DNA of 64,000 bases from positions 23,808,001-23,872,000 of the forward strand of contig OZ024752.1 of NCBI GenBank assembly GCA_964016885.1, given 5' to 3'. Of this stretch, positions 49,252-63,300 are shown in pieces. Below the pieces are notes generated by a model. The model was not told where the DNA came from. It made no database searches and saw only the letters and a list, made by a program, of their open reading frames with translations. Position numbers and translations under genes: made by a program. Source of the DNA: Eledone cirrhosa. Lineage: Eukaryota. The first letter of the stretch is position 1, and each line of letters starts with the position of its first letter.

Positions 49252-51541
49252 TTTGACTCCTTCGGCTTTAAAACCTTTAAAAGCCCCCCTCATAACACAC
49301 TACTTAACTCCTTTGAAAATGACCTAGTTAAACTAGTTAAGAACATTAAATACAATAAGCACCAAATTAGAAGCAACACCTTCTTAAACAAACTTAACAC
49401 CTCTATTAATGGATTCAAAACTAGTAATAAAATTATTGTACACGCAGATAAAACTAATAACATATACAGCCTAGATTATAATACTTATAGAAAATTTATA
49501 TATAATGAACTACATAAAAACTATAAAAAGACCACCTTGAAAAACTTAGAAGATATTAATATAGAGGGATATAATATAGTCTCTAAACTAGGACTCCAGA
49601 GACTTACACAACCATTCACCCCAAACCCCCCTAGATTCTCTCTGAAGGACCATAAGGAGGACTTCATCAGCAACCCCTCGATAAGACTTATCTGCCCTTC
49701 CAAGTCCGACATTGGTATTATCAGCAAGAAAATTTTGGATAAAATCATCCCACAAATTAAACACAAGATACACCTTAAACAATGGGGAAATACGGGTGAA
49801 GTTATTGAATGGTTTAAAGATATCAAGAATAATAAGGATAAAAAATTTATTCAATTTGATATCAATTCATACTACACCTCTATTTCCCCTATCCTATTAA
49901 ATAAGGCACTTATCATGGCCATGAACAATAGCGACCTGACTAGAGCCCAGATTGATGTCATCCTTGCGGCCCGTAAAACCATAATCACCTTCGAAGACCA
50001 ACTATGGACACGCAAGGATACGCACAACAACTTCGACATAACCATGGGATCTAGTGACTCGGCGCAGGTCACTGATTTGGTTGGCCTATACCTTCTCAAT
50101 GAAATCCATAAGGACCTCCCTTATCTCAACGGTGGTTTGTACCGCGATGATGCACTTCTACTTATAGAATATAAAAAAATTTAATATAGAAAGAGCTAGA
50201 AAACAATTGCATAAGACACTCAAAAACTTTAACCTTAGTATCACCATGGACAAAAACACTAAAAATGTAAACTTCCTAGACGCCACACTATACCTAGACT
50301 CAAAAATATATACACCTTTCCATAAGCCTAACGAAAAACTCATTTATGTAGATACTAAGTCTAATCACCCTAGATCAATATTAAACTCTATCTCTAAGGG
50401 GGTATCCAATAGAATCTCTAGCCTGTCCTATGACGCAAACATATTTAGCAAAAACTCACAATATTACAATCAAGCATTAGCTAGATCCGGCCATAATATA
50501 GAAATTGAGTTCCTACCCAAGAAAACACATAGCTACAACATCATCTCGCACAACATGTCCATGAGGAAACCTAATAATAGGAATAGCAACCACAAGTACA
50601 CCAAAGCGGAGGGTGCCACTGGAAGTAACCATTACCACGGAAACTACTGTGGTGCCGTAGGAAGAAACAACACACCAAACACTAAAAGCAAAAATAGAAG
50701 AAGAAATAATACATTTTTCAACCCTCCTTTCAACCTAAATGTCTCCACCAACATACCTAGGGCTTTCTTCTCACTACTAGATAAAAACTTCCCTCTAGGA
50801 CACAAGTACCACAACCTTTTAAACAAAAACACTATTAAAATATCATACTCTACGACGCCTAACTTAGCATACCACATAGCTAGCAGCAATAAAAATAAAA
50901 TTAATTCTTACTTCCAACAAACGAAATCACAACAGGATGCAAACCTTCTAAATACCTCTGTAGCAAGCAGCCATAGTAACGGCAGTAACAATAGAAATAA
51001 CACTAGTATAAGAAATAACACCGGGGTTGACAACCCGAATGTCCAAAATCCTATAGCTACCACCCAGACTTCTGCACTGCATTATAACCAGCAGACTAAC
51101 ACACAGGATAATTGTAACTGTAGAGCTAATAGAACCTGCCCTTTGGATACAAAATTCCTAACCAACGATATCATATACTCATGCACCGTCACAACTAGCA
51201 ACTCTTCAGAAACCTATCTAGGCTCCACTTCTAACTGCTTCAAAATCAGATATAATTCGCACATCCACTCGTTCAAAAAGCACAGCCTAGCCAACTCCAC
51301 CTCACTATCTAGCTACATACACTATCTAAAAACTAAAAATAAACCATACACACTCAAATGGGGAGTGATAGGCAGCGCGACTTCGTACAAACCACCTAAT
51401 AAATTTTGTAACCTCTGTATACTAGAGACCCACAATATTATCTTCTCCAACCGTAACCTACTTAACAAAAAATCTGAGGTGTTTGCAACTTGCCAGCACC
51501 GCTTCAGACATTCCTTCCAAAACTTTAAGCCCAATATATAG
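49252..51541 (+). pseudogene. PLE RT + GIY-YIG ORF, N-terminally truncated, one frameshift near the A-run at ~50172-50179
   Basis: FGFKTFKSPP, QFDINSYYTSI, FDITMGSSDSAQ, GLYRDDA, NFLDATL, CNCRANRTCP, DIIY..TYLGST, CNLC, CQH. Confidence 0.9.
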
Positions 51542-52984
51542 CAATGTCGGACTTGAACCAAACACCACATCTAGCATCAAACACCAGGGGTACACCCTAT
51601 ACCACATACACAACACTAACTGATCTAATATAACACAAACTACGACATCCCTCCGGAACCCTTCGCTGGGAGAATACCCATTTATACCTCTACGTTAGGG
51701 GTGACAACATCCACCCACTTGAACTGCATTACACCGCTCTATAGGTAATTTAAGCATGAATTGATTAGTTTGGTGGCGTTGTGCGGAGGAAGTGCCTTCC
51801 TTAGACAGATGAAAAACGATTTAGTCTAGTAACGCTGTTGAGCAGTAGGACCAGGACGCTGAGTGCAGGGTATGAATGTATTGCAACTGGCGTGCGGGTT
51901 GTACATATATGGATGATTTGATGGTCAGAGTGGGGTCATGAGGACTGCGGATTGACCTCTGGCCGGCCCTGATGATGATTATCTTTCGACATCCAATGTA
52001 GCAAGCGATGACCCAGAACTTACCAGAGATCATTGTGTCTTGAAGTGATTCTGCAATCACCGCGCCTGGTCCTATGAGTAGACTACAACCACAGAAATCA
52101 TTAATTTAGAATCCTCGCTCATCGTCTATAATATTCATTTGTGGCACCCTAGGATGAGGGTTAATTCACCATAATATTACGAACACCTTCAGCACAACTT
52201 AATAAACTACTCTATAGTTAAAACACTTTATGCTTTAGAAATTTTTTGGAAGTTGCGCATAATCATAGAAATTAGGGTCTATATTGAGACATTTCAATAG
52301 CTAGGTATAGAAACCCCGGAGTTACCTCCCCTCATGCATTAACTTCCCTTAGCCACACACACTTCCGGGTAGTATTCAATGTCGTTTCGCGAAACGTAAC
52401 AGCCTCCTGCATTGAACTAAAGAACATCGGACTACGATTCTCTAACTGGATTGTCAAACGCTCAATATAGAATTGCCGTGGATTATGTGAGGGGCACATA
52501 ATCGAAGAATACACTCCCCTGACCATGAAAATGTCAAAGTACATGAGGGCCTTGTCATCCCTTCGCTGTGCATCTCCAATTCGTTTAATATTTTTAATGC
52601 TTGCACTATTTTTAATGCTTATATCATTTCTCCACACACAGACTATAACAATCATATAAAGAATTTCCCACCAGATCAACCAACCTAACACTCTTCTTTA
52701 CCTACCTAAGTGCTCCTACCACACATATCTCTCTGCCACACTATATAAACAAGACGCACGTGCTTGCCACACATATAACATTTGCACTATATAACCGCTT
52801 ATCTTCATGTTGTATTTTAACCTGTATTTTTGATTTTTGATTGTACCTTTTATTATGAATGTAATCTCGAAGTGTGTACTGCCACTCTAAATGCTGTAAT
52901 GAATGTTGACCCACAATATTTGCATATGTATCGGTATGTCTCTTGGCTGAAAAGGAGGTCATATAACTGTCCATTCATTAATAA

Positions 52985-53036
52985 ATTGCTCCGAAGAATC
53001 CAACCTCGGTTTGGAGGAAACAGCTGTAAGCACAAT
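52985..53036 (+). ncRNA. Hammerhead-like motif with variant core CCGAAGA (PLE family 3)
   Basis: attgct-CCGAAGA-a tccaa..ttgga g-GAAA-CAGCTG-TA-agc(ac)aat; palindromic stem III, GUA triplet. Confidence 0.65.
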
Positions 53037-53069
53037 AATGTTTTGAACAGTTCTTTGATTCTTATATTT

Positions 53070-54590
<1,521 letters not shown>

Positions 54591-54775
54591 CGATTTTGAT
54601 TTTGTATCAGTACTGTCGGTAATATATGTATATGTATGTGTGTTTGTGAGTGGTGTGTGTGTTTGTATGCATGAATGAGTGTTGGTATGTGAGTGGCGTG
54701 TGTGTGGTTGTGGTCTGTATGCATGAGTGTTTGTGTGTGTGCGTCGTGTCAATATGTTTTTTTTTTTTTTTTTTT

Positions 54776-57700
54776 AATGACCATGCTGTAAAATGGAGGG
54801 GTAGAGAGGGCCCTTGAGTCTAGTAAGACATCCTCTCTAGTGCTGGTGGCACAAATAAAAGCACCCAGTCCATGCTGGAAAGTGGCGCTGGTGTTAGGAA
54901 GGGTATCCAACCAGTGTATCAATGCCAAAGCGCTTATCAGCACAGCAACAAAACAGCATAGGAACAACAACAAAATATGAAGACGTCGCATCTCAGAGTT
55001 GCAACACTTAATGTTGGCACTCTCAGAGGTAGATCTGCTGAAATAGCGGAGATGCTGGAGAGAAGGCAGGTGGATGTGTGCTGCGTGCAAGAGGTGAGAT
55101 GGAGAGGTGCCTCTGCGAGACTAGTCGTAGGCAAGCGTCTTAGCTATAAGCTATTCTGGGTAGGTAAGGATGATGGGTTAGGGGGAGTAGGCATTTTCCT
55201 GGCTGAGAAATGGATCAATAACACAATAGAGGTAGTTCGAGTTAGTAATCGAATAATTAAGCTTAGATTAGTTGTAGGTAGGAGACTACTGACAATCATC
55301 TCGGTCTATGCTCCCCAGGCAGGCCTAGGCAAAGATGAAAAAGACTGCTTTTATGAGCAACTTTTGCAAACAACCACAATGACAGAGGACGGAGACATCG
55401 TTATGCTAGCAGGAGACTTCAATGGTCATGTTGGACAGCTCCAGGATGGTTACACTGGGGTACATGGTGGGCACGGTTACGGTTCAAGAAACGAAGAAGG
55501 AGTGAGACTTCTTGAATTTTGTGATGCGAGTACATTGACTATTTGCAACACAAACTTCCAGAAACCTGCCAATCACCTAATAACCTACAAATCTGGTGAG
55601 CACATAAGCCAGATTGACTTCCTGCTAGTTAGGCAGCAGGACAGGCAGATAGTGTCTAATACCAAGGCGTACCCTGGGGAAGAATGTACCCCACAGCATA
55701 GGTTAGTTGTTAGTGATATCTCAGTAAGCAAGAGATGGAATGAGACATATAGGAAGGTGTGGAGAAGAAAGGTCTGGAAGCTAAAAGACCTTTCACTAAA
55801 ATACAAATTTAGGAAAGTCCTTCAAGATGTATATGACGAAAAAGAAGACGATTTAGAGACGTATGACATAGATAATAACTGGAAGTTCTTACGTGACAAC
55901 TTGCTGCAGACTACTGATGAAACCTGTGGCTGGAGCAGAGCTCCAACCAGACAGAGAGTGACCTGGTGGTGGAACAGCACAGTAGATAAGGCTATTAGAG
56001 ACAAAAGACTAGCATGGAAGGCTTGGAAAAAGGGTGGGAGTAGGGAAGAATATACAGCCACTAAGAGAGAAGCTAGACGTCAGGTGTACTTAGCACGCAG
56101 GGAGGCTGAGAGTAGGAGGTTTGCCAATGTTCTGCGACGGGAAGATCAGAGGCGTGCGGTGTTCCGCATTTCAAGGCAGTGTGTCAATGCAAATCAGGAT
56201 GTTGTTGGAGATAAATGTGTCCGGGATGATGCCGGTGTACTTAGTGTCACGAATGACCAGAAAAAGGAGGCCTGGAAATGTCATTATGAGAGACTGATGA
56301 ATGTGGAGAACGAATGGGAGAGAGAGAAATTACCCTTGGTAGATCCGACAGAGGGACCAGCTATTGAGATTGACGAATATAGGGTCCAAGAGGCGATTAG
56401 GGAAATGAAAAATGGTAAGGCGGCCGGACCATCGGGAATAGTTGCTGAGATGCTGAAGGCATCAGGGGACGTAGGCACTAAACTGGTTGCACGCATCATC
56501 AATCAGGTTATATATGGGGGTGTCATACCCAAAGACTGGTGCAGCAGTATTCTCATAAATTGCTACAAAGGTAAAGGGGATGCTTTGGAGAGGAGCAATT
56601 ATAGGGGTATAAAACTGATAGATCAGGTTATGAAAGTGGCAGAAAGGATTTTAGCACAACTAATTAGAGAAAGGGTCAAACTAGATGAGATGCAGTTTGG
56701 TTTTGTGCCTGGGAAGAGTACAACAGATGCCCTCTTCTTGGTGAGACAAATGCAAGAGAGGTTCTTAGAGAAGAATAAGCCACTATACTTAGCCTTTGTT
56801 GACCTAGAGAAGGCCTTTGATAGGGTACCCCGATCTGTCATTTGGTGGTCCCTAAGGAAGTTAGCTGTTGAGGAATGGCTTGTGAGGACAGTGCAAACTT
56901 TGTACAGAGGTACTCTCAGTAAAGTCAGAGTAGGAATGGAGTTTAGTGAGGAATTCCAGATACAAGTAGGAGTACATCAGGGTTCGGTCCTCAGCCCGCT
57001 CTTGTTCATTATAGTCCTCCAAGCCATAACAGAGGAGTTTAAGACTGGCTGTCCATGGGAACTTCTCTATGCTGACGATCTGGCTCTTATAGCAGAATCA
57101 GTAGAGGAGCTAGAGAATAAATTCCGGCTATGGAAACAGCAGTTGGAAGCAAGAGGACTGAGAGTAAATCTAGCTAAGACAAAAGTGTTGATGAGTAGAA
57201 AAGAGGACAAAACCCTAATTCCGTCAGGGAAATGGCCATGTTCGATATGCAGAAAAGGAACTGGCATAAATTCTATAAAATGCACACAATGCAGGTCCTG
57301 GGTACACAAGAGATGTAGCGGGATAGCAGGCAAACTAACATGTAGGGAGAAATATGTATGCAGTAGATGTACAGGGAAATTAGACAGTAGAAGTCGCACT
57401 GATAGACACATTTTTCAAATGCGAGAGGGCGCTATAGAAGTGGGGGATAGCTTCCGGTACCTAGGGGATCAGATTAGCATGGGAGGAGGGTGTTCCGAGG
57501 CCATAGTATCTAGAATAAGGACAGGTTGGAAGAAGTTTAGGGAGCTGCTTCCTCTGTTGACGAAGAAGGGTTTCTCCCTGCGTACGAAAGGCCGGTTATA
57601 TGATGCCTGTGTGAGGAGCGCGATGCTGCATGGTAGTGAGACATGGGCAGCAACCGCAGAGGATATGCGACGGCTGGAGAGAAATGAGGCAAGCATGCTC

Positions 57701-58071
57701 CGTTGGATGTGCAGTGTAAATGTGCGTGAACGACCCAGCATAAATGTGTTGAGAGAGAAACTGTGTCTGAGAGGGATAGAATGTAGTGTACGGGAGAGGA
57801 GACTGAGGTGGTATGGACATGTGATGCGCATGGAGGATGACCGATGGGTGAAGAAGTGCCAGGAAATGCCAATTGAAGGAAGACGTGGTAGAGGTAGACC
57901 ACGAAAAACATGGGCTTAGGTGGTGAGAACAGACCTCAGATCATTGAAGCAGACGGTGGAGATGACGAGGGACCGTGTCGAGTGGAGAGATGTTGTGCTG
58001 AATAAGACCCGTCCCACCCTTGCAGGGAAAAGCGGACGTAAAATGATGATGATGATGATGATGATGATGAT
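54776..58071 (+). mobile_element. Near full-length RTE-clade LINE, family A
   Basis: ~200-nt 5'UTR with structured motif, single APE-RT ORF, (ATG)n/(GAT)n tail. Confidence 0.92.
54977..57919 (+). CDS. RTE ORF: AP endonuclease + reverse transcriptase with embedded PHD-type zinc finger (980 aa; TAG at 57917 probably premature)
   Basis: ATLNVGTL, VQEVRW, GDFNGHVG, QIDFLL, QHRLV (APE); KAAGPSGI, NYRGIKL, QFGF, FVDLEKAFDRV, GVHQGSVLSPLLF, YADD, FRYLGD (RT); GRGRPRKTW. Confidence 0.93.
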   Translation: MKTSHLRVATLNVGTLRGRSAEIAEMLERRQVDVCCVQEVRWRGASARLVVGKRLSYKLFWVGKDDGLGGVGIFLAEKWINNTIEVVRVSNRIIKLRLVVGRRLLTIISVYAPQAGLGKDEKDCFYEQLLQTTTMTEDGDIVMLAGDFNGHVGQLQDGYTGVHGGHGYGSRNEEGVRLLEFCDASTLTICNTNFQKPANHLITYKSGEHISQIDFLLVRQQDRQIVSNTKAYPGEECTPQHRLVVSDISVSKRWNETYRKVWRRKVWKLKDLSLKYKFRKVLQDVYDEKEDDLETYDIDNNWKFLRDNLLQTTDETCGWSRAPTRQRVTWWWNSTVDKAIRDKRLAWKAWKKGGSREEYTATKREARRQVYLARREAESRRFANVLRREDQRRAVFRISRQCVNANQDVVGDKCVRDDAGVLSVTNDQKKEAWKCHYERLMNVENEWEREKLPLVDPTEGPAIEIDEYRVQEAIREMKNGKAAGPSGIVAEMLKASGDVGTKLVARIINQVIYGGVIPKDWCSSILINCYKGKGDALERSNYRGIKLIDQVMKVAERILAQLIRERVKLDEMQFGFVPGKSTTDALFLVRQMQERFLEKNKPLYLAFVDLEKAFDRVPRSVIWWSLRKLAVEEWLVRTVQTLYRGTLSKVRVGMEFSEEFQIQVGVHQGSVLSPLLFIIVLQAITEEFKTGCPWELLYADDLALIAESVEELENKFRLWKQQLEARGLRVNLAKTKVLMSRKEDKTLIPSGKWPCSICRKGTGINSIKCTQCRSWVHKRCSGIAGKLTCREKYVCSRCTGKLDSRSRTDRHIFQMREGAIEVGDSFRYLGDQISMGGGCSEAIVSRIRTGWKKFRELLPLLTKKGFSLRTKGRLYDACVRSAMLHGSETWAATAEDMRRLERNEASMLRWMCSVNVRERPSINVLREKLCLRGIECSVRERRLRWYGHVMRMEDDRWVKKCQEMPIEGRRGRGRPRKTWA

Positions 58072-58113
<42 letters not shown>

Positions 58114-58256
58114 TATATATATATATAACATATATATATATATATATAGATATATATATTATATATATATATAACATATATATATATATATATTATATAT
58201 ATATATAACATATATATATATATTATATATATATATAACATATATATATATATAAC

Positions 58257-58287
<31 letters not shown>

Positions 58288-58359
58288 ATATGTTATATAT
58301 ATATATATATGTTATATATATATATATATATATATATGTTATATATATATATATATATG

Positions 58360-58392
<33 letters not shown>

Positions 58393-58595
58393 ATATATAT
58401 ATATATATATGTTATATATATATATATATATGTTATATATATATATATATATGTTATATATATATATATATATATGTTATATATATATATATATATGTTA
58501 TATATATATATATATATATGTTATATATATATATATATATATATATATGTTATATATATATATATATATATGTTATATATATATATATATATATG

Positions 58596-58632
<37 letters not shown>

Positions 58633-58651
58633 ATATATATATATATATATG

Positions 58652-58737
<86 letters not shown>

Positions 58738-58781
58738 ATATATATATATATATATATATGTTATATATATATATATATATG

Positions 58782-58862
<81 letters not shown>

Positions 58863-58920
58863 ATATATATATATATATATGTTATATATATATATATATA
58901 AGTTATATATATATATATAT
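58072..58920. repeat. Punctuated (TA)n array; punctuation switches from AAC to GTT at ~58260-58290
   Basis: Directly visible. Confidence 0.95.
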
Positions 58921-59325
58921 GTAAATATTTATAAGTCGTTTGGAAGCCTCGACAATGCAAATGGGTAAATCTCCGGGTAAGAAGGTCTGGTGGTGGAGAG
59001 AGAGATATGTAGGTGGGTGTACGTTGAGATGCGTGGTGTGTATAAGATGTGTGAGATGTGTAGAATGAAGGGAAGAGTAAAAGAATAAAAAAATATTAAC
59101 AACACAAGAGAGAGAGTTACCTTGGGTAACTCTCTCTCTGGTGTTGTTAATATTTTTTTATTCTTTTACTCTTCCCTTCATTCTACACATCTCACACATC
59201 TTATACACACCACGCATCTCAACGTACACCCACCTACATATCTCTCTCTCCACCACTGGACCTTGTTACCCGGAGATTTACCCATTTGCATTGACGAGGC
59301 TTCCAAACGACTTATAAATATTTAC
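58921..59325. repeat. 405-bp near-perfect palindrome with a 3-nt loop, plus a ~40-nt one-sided extension
   Basis: Arms pair end to end with no net offset around gttacc-TTG-ggtaac (loop 59122-59124). Confidence 0.95.
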
Positions 59326-59608
59326 TTATTGTTCCACAATGCTTCAAGCAAACTTCAATACTCTCATATATATATATATATATGTTATATATATATATAT
59401 ATATATATATATGTTATATATATATATATATATATATATATGTTATATATATATATATATATATGTTATATATATATATATATGTTATATATATATATAT
59501 ATGTTATATATATATATATATGTTATATATATATATATATATGTTATATATATATATATATGTTATATATATATATATATGTTATATATATATATATATA
59601 TATATATG

Positions 59609-59656
<48 letters not shown>

Positions 59657-59663
<7 letters not shown>

Positions 59664-60293
59664 TAGAAATAAGAGGGATCAGATGTTGTTTACTAGAGAG
59701 AAGGCTACGTTGGTATGGTCAGGTGATGCGCATGAAGGATGATAGCTGTATAACAAAGTGCAGGGCAATAAAGATAGACGGTAGCCACGGAATAGGCAGA
59801 CCCAGAAAAACCTGGGACGAGCTGATAAACTCCGACCTCACACACTTACACCTCACCAAGACAATGTCACTGGACCGAGACCTTTGGCGGTACTCAGTAA
59901 TAGAGAAGACTCGCCTTGCCAGTAGGCATCTCTAACAAAATACACCCCGTCCCACCTCCACCACCCCCACCCCATCCACACCACCCCTTTCTATGTAAAG
60001 TTATGTTGGTGCCGCGCCATCCAGGCCGAAACAAATGAGATCGTGTAGGTGTTACGACAAAAAAACACACAGTCACGCTGTAATGTGGCCGTGTAGGCAA
60101 CACGGTAAAAACCTCCCAGACCCACACTGTAAATGTGGTTGGTGTTAGGAAGGGCATCCAACTGTAGAAAACCTGCCAGACAGTCCTATGCGAGCAAGAA
60201 AATCACTCTTGCCTCAAGTGGGACTACCCCCGTCCAAACCCATGCAAGCATGGAACACGGACGTTAAACGTTGATGATGATGATGATGATGAT
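59657..60293 (+). mobile_element. RTE family B 3' fragment inserted in (TA)n
   Basis: KKLEIRGIRCCLLERRLRWYG...; 3'UTR and (GAT)n tail. Confidence 0.92.
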
Positions 60294-60316
60294 ATATATG
60301 TTATATATATATATAT

Positions 60317-63300
60317 TCGCTACCTCCCAAATAACCGACAGTGACTATATAGTTATTGCAGGCGACCTAAATGGTCACGTTGGACAACATTGTGATGGCT
60401 ATGACGGAATCCATGGAGGCTATGGGTTCGGTACTAGAAATGAGGAAGGCTCCAGAATCCTGGAATTCTGCGACGCAAATAACTTAACTATCTGTAACAC
60501 TAACTTCAAAAAACGAGACAATCACTTGATCACCTATAGATCGGGGGAACACACAAGCCAGGTAGATTATATCCTTACCAGAAGACGTGACAGAGTGTCT
60601 GTTGTTAACACTAAATCCCTCCCCCATGAAGAATTCACCTCCCAACATAGACTGATAATTAGCGACCTCATAGTCAGGACGAGACGTACTAGACAGCGGA
60701 AGAGGATTATCCTCAGGAGAAAAATATGGAAGCTAAAGGACCCCACAGCCAGAAATAAATTTCAAAGCTTATTACTTGACGCTTTCGACAGTAAGGAAGA
60801 GCAATTAGAGTCGTATAATATAGAGGAACAGTGGGAAATCCTGAGAGCAAACCTGCTGACGGCGGCAGACGAAGTCTGTGGCTGGAGCAGGCCTGTAGGT
60901 AGGAGGAGAGTAACATGGTGGTGGAACAGTAAGGTGGAGGAGTCAATTAAGGCCAAAAAGCAGGCTTGGAAAGTATGGCGGGATGGGGGAAGTAGAGAAG
61001 ACTATCAAGCGGCCAGGAGGGAAGCTAGGAGACAAGTGTACTTCGCAAGAAGGGAAGCAGAGGAAAGAAGTTCAAGCATGTTCTACAACGTGAGGACCAA
61101 AAACGTGAGGTGTTCAGGATTGCCAGGCAATGTGTCAAGGAAAACCGTGATATTGTCGGGGAGAAGTGTGTACTTAACGATGATGGCATACTTGCCATCA
61201 CCGACGCTGATAAGAAGGTAGCTTGGAAGTGTCACTACGAAAGGCTTCTAAATGAGGAGAACAAATGGGAGAAAGACAGTCTCCCCCAGATCTATCCAAT
61301 AGAGGGACCAGCAGTGTTAGTTGAAGGTAGTATAATAAGTAAGGCAATCAAAGATATGAAGACGGGTAAGGCGGCTGGGCCTTCGGAAATAGTTGCTGAG
61401 ATGCTGAAGGCATCTGGTTCGGTGGGACACACCATGGTCACCTGGATAGTTAACCAAGTCGTACAGAATGGGGTTGTTCCGAAGGACTGGCGTAGCAGCA
61501 TCATCGTTAACTGCTATAAGGGAAAAGGAGATGCCCTAGATAGGAGTAACTATAGAGGCATTAAATTAATCGACCAGGTCATGAAGGTCACGGAAAAAGT
61601 AATAGCGCAACTAATCAGAGAGAGAATTGATCTAGATGAAATGCAGTTCGGGTTTGTGTCAGGCAAAAGTACCACAGACGCTCTTTTCATTGTACGACAA
61701 CTACAGGAGAAGTACCTAGCTAAAAGTAAACCCCTATACTTAGCTTTCGTCGACTTGGAGAAAGCCTTCGACAGAGTCCCCCGTTCCATTATCTAGTGGT
61801 CTCTTAGAAAACTAGGTGTTGACGAATGGCTTGTGAGAGCTATACAAGCCATGTATAAAGAAACAGTCAGTAAGGTTAGAATTAACAACGAATATAGTGA
61901 AGAGTTTAGCGTAAAAGTTGGTGTCCATCAGGGCTCTGTTCTTAGCCCCCTACTATTTATTATTGCCCTTCAGGCTATAACAGAGGAGTTCAAGACCGGC
62001 TGCCCATGGGAACTCCTATACGCAGATGATCTAACGCTCATAGCTGAATCAATGACCGAACTAGAGAAGAAATTCCAAACATGGAAGCACGGCCTAGAAT
62101 CAAAAGGCCTTAAAATTAACCTGGCTAAGACTAAAGTTCTAGTTTGTAGGAAAGAAAATAAGGCGGCGGTCCCATCTGGGAAATGGCCATGCTCAGTGTG
62201 TAGGAAAGGCGTAGGTAGAAACTCCATTTTATGTCCCAAATGCAAAGTATGGGTGCATAAAAGATGTAGTGGGATCACAGGTAAGCTAACTAAGAACATA
62301 GATTTTACATGTGGCCGGTGCTCTGGTGCAATAAGTAGCAGCAAGTGCCCACAAAATGCTAGCTCCTTCAACTGCGCAGAGGGTTCTATAGAAATAGTGG
62401 ACAGCTTCCGTTATCTGGGTGACAAAATCAGCAGTGGGGGAGGGTGCTCTGAAAGTACAGTAGCTAGAGTCAGAACTGGATGGAAAAAGTTCAGAGAGCT
62501 TATACCACTATTAGTCGCTAGAGGGTTCTCCCTAAAAATGAAAGGCAGGTTATACGATGCCTGCATACGAACAGCAATGTTGCATGGCAGTGAGACCTGG
62601 GCATTGTGTGCAGAGGATATACGCAGACTAGAGAGGAACGAAGCTTGCATGCGTCGCTGTATGTGCAATAGTAATATACGTGAACGGCAAAGCATAAACG
62701 AACTAAGGAAAAAATTAGAAATAAGAGGGATCAGATGTTGTTTACTCGAGAGAAGGCTACGTTGGTACGGTCACGTGATGCGCATGAAAGACGACAGCTG
62801 TATAACAAAGTGCAGGGCAATAAAGATAGACGGTAGCCACGGAGTAGGCAGACCCAGAAAAACATGGGAGGAGCTGATAAATTCCGACCTCACACGCTTA
62901 CACCTCTCCAAGACAATGTCACTGGACCGAGACCTTTGGCGATACTCAGTAATAGAGAAGACCCGCCTTACCTAAATACAAAGTAAAAACCTACTACAGT
63001 CAGTAGGCATCTCTATCAAAACACACCCCCGTCCCACCACCTCCACCCCATCCACACCGCCCCTTTCAATGTAAAGTTATGTTTGTCCCACAACATCCAG
63101 GCCGAAACAAATGAGATCGTGTAGGTGTCACGACAAAAAAACACACAGTCAACGCTGTAAATGTGGCCGTGTAGGCAACACGGTAAAAACCTCCCAGCCC
63201 CACACTGTAAATGTGGTTGGTGTTAGGAAGGGCATCCAACTGTAGAAAACCCGCCAGACAGTCCTATGCGAGCAAGACAACCACTCTTGCCTCAAGTGGG

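Noticed and set aside
51969-52000. CTGATGA as a further hammerhead
   Set aside because: No suitably placed GAAA and no closing stems.
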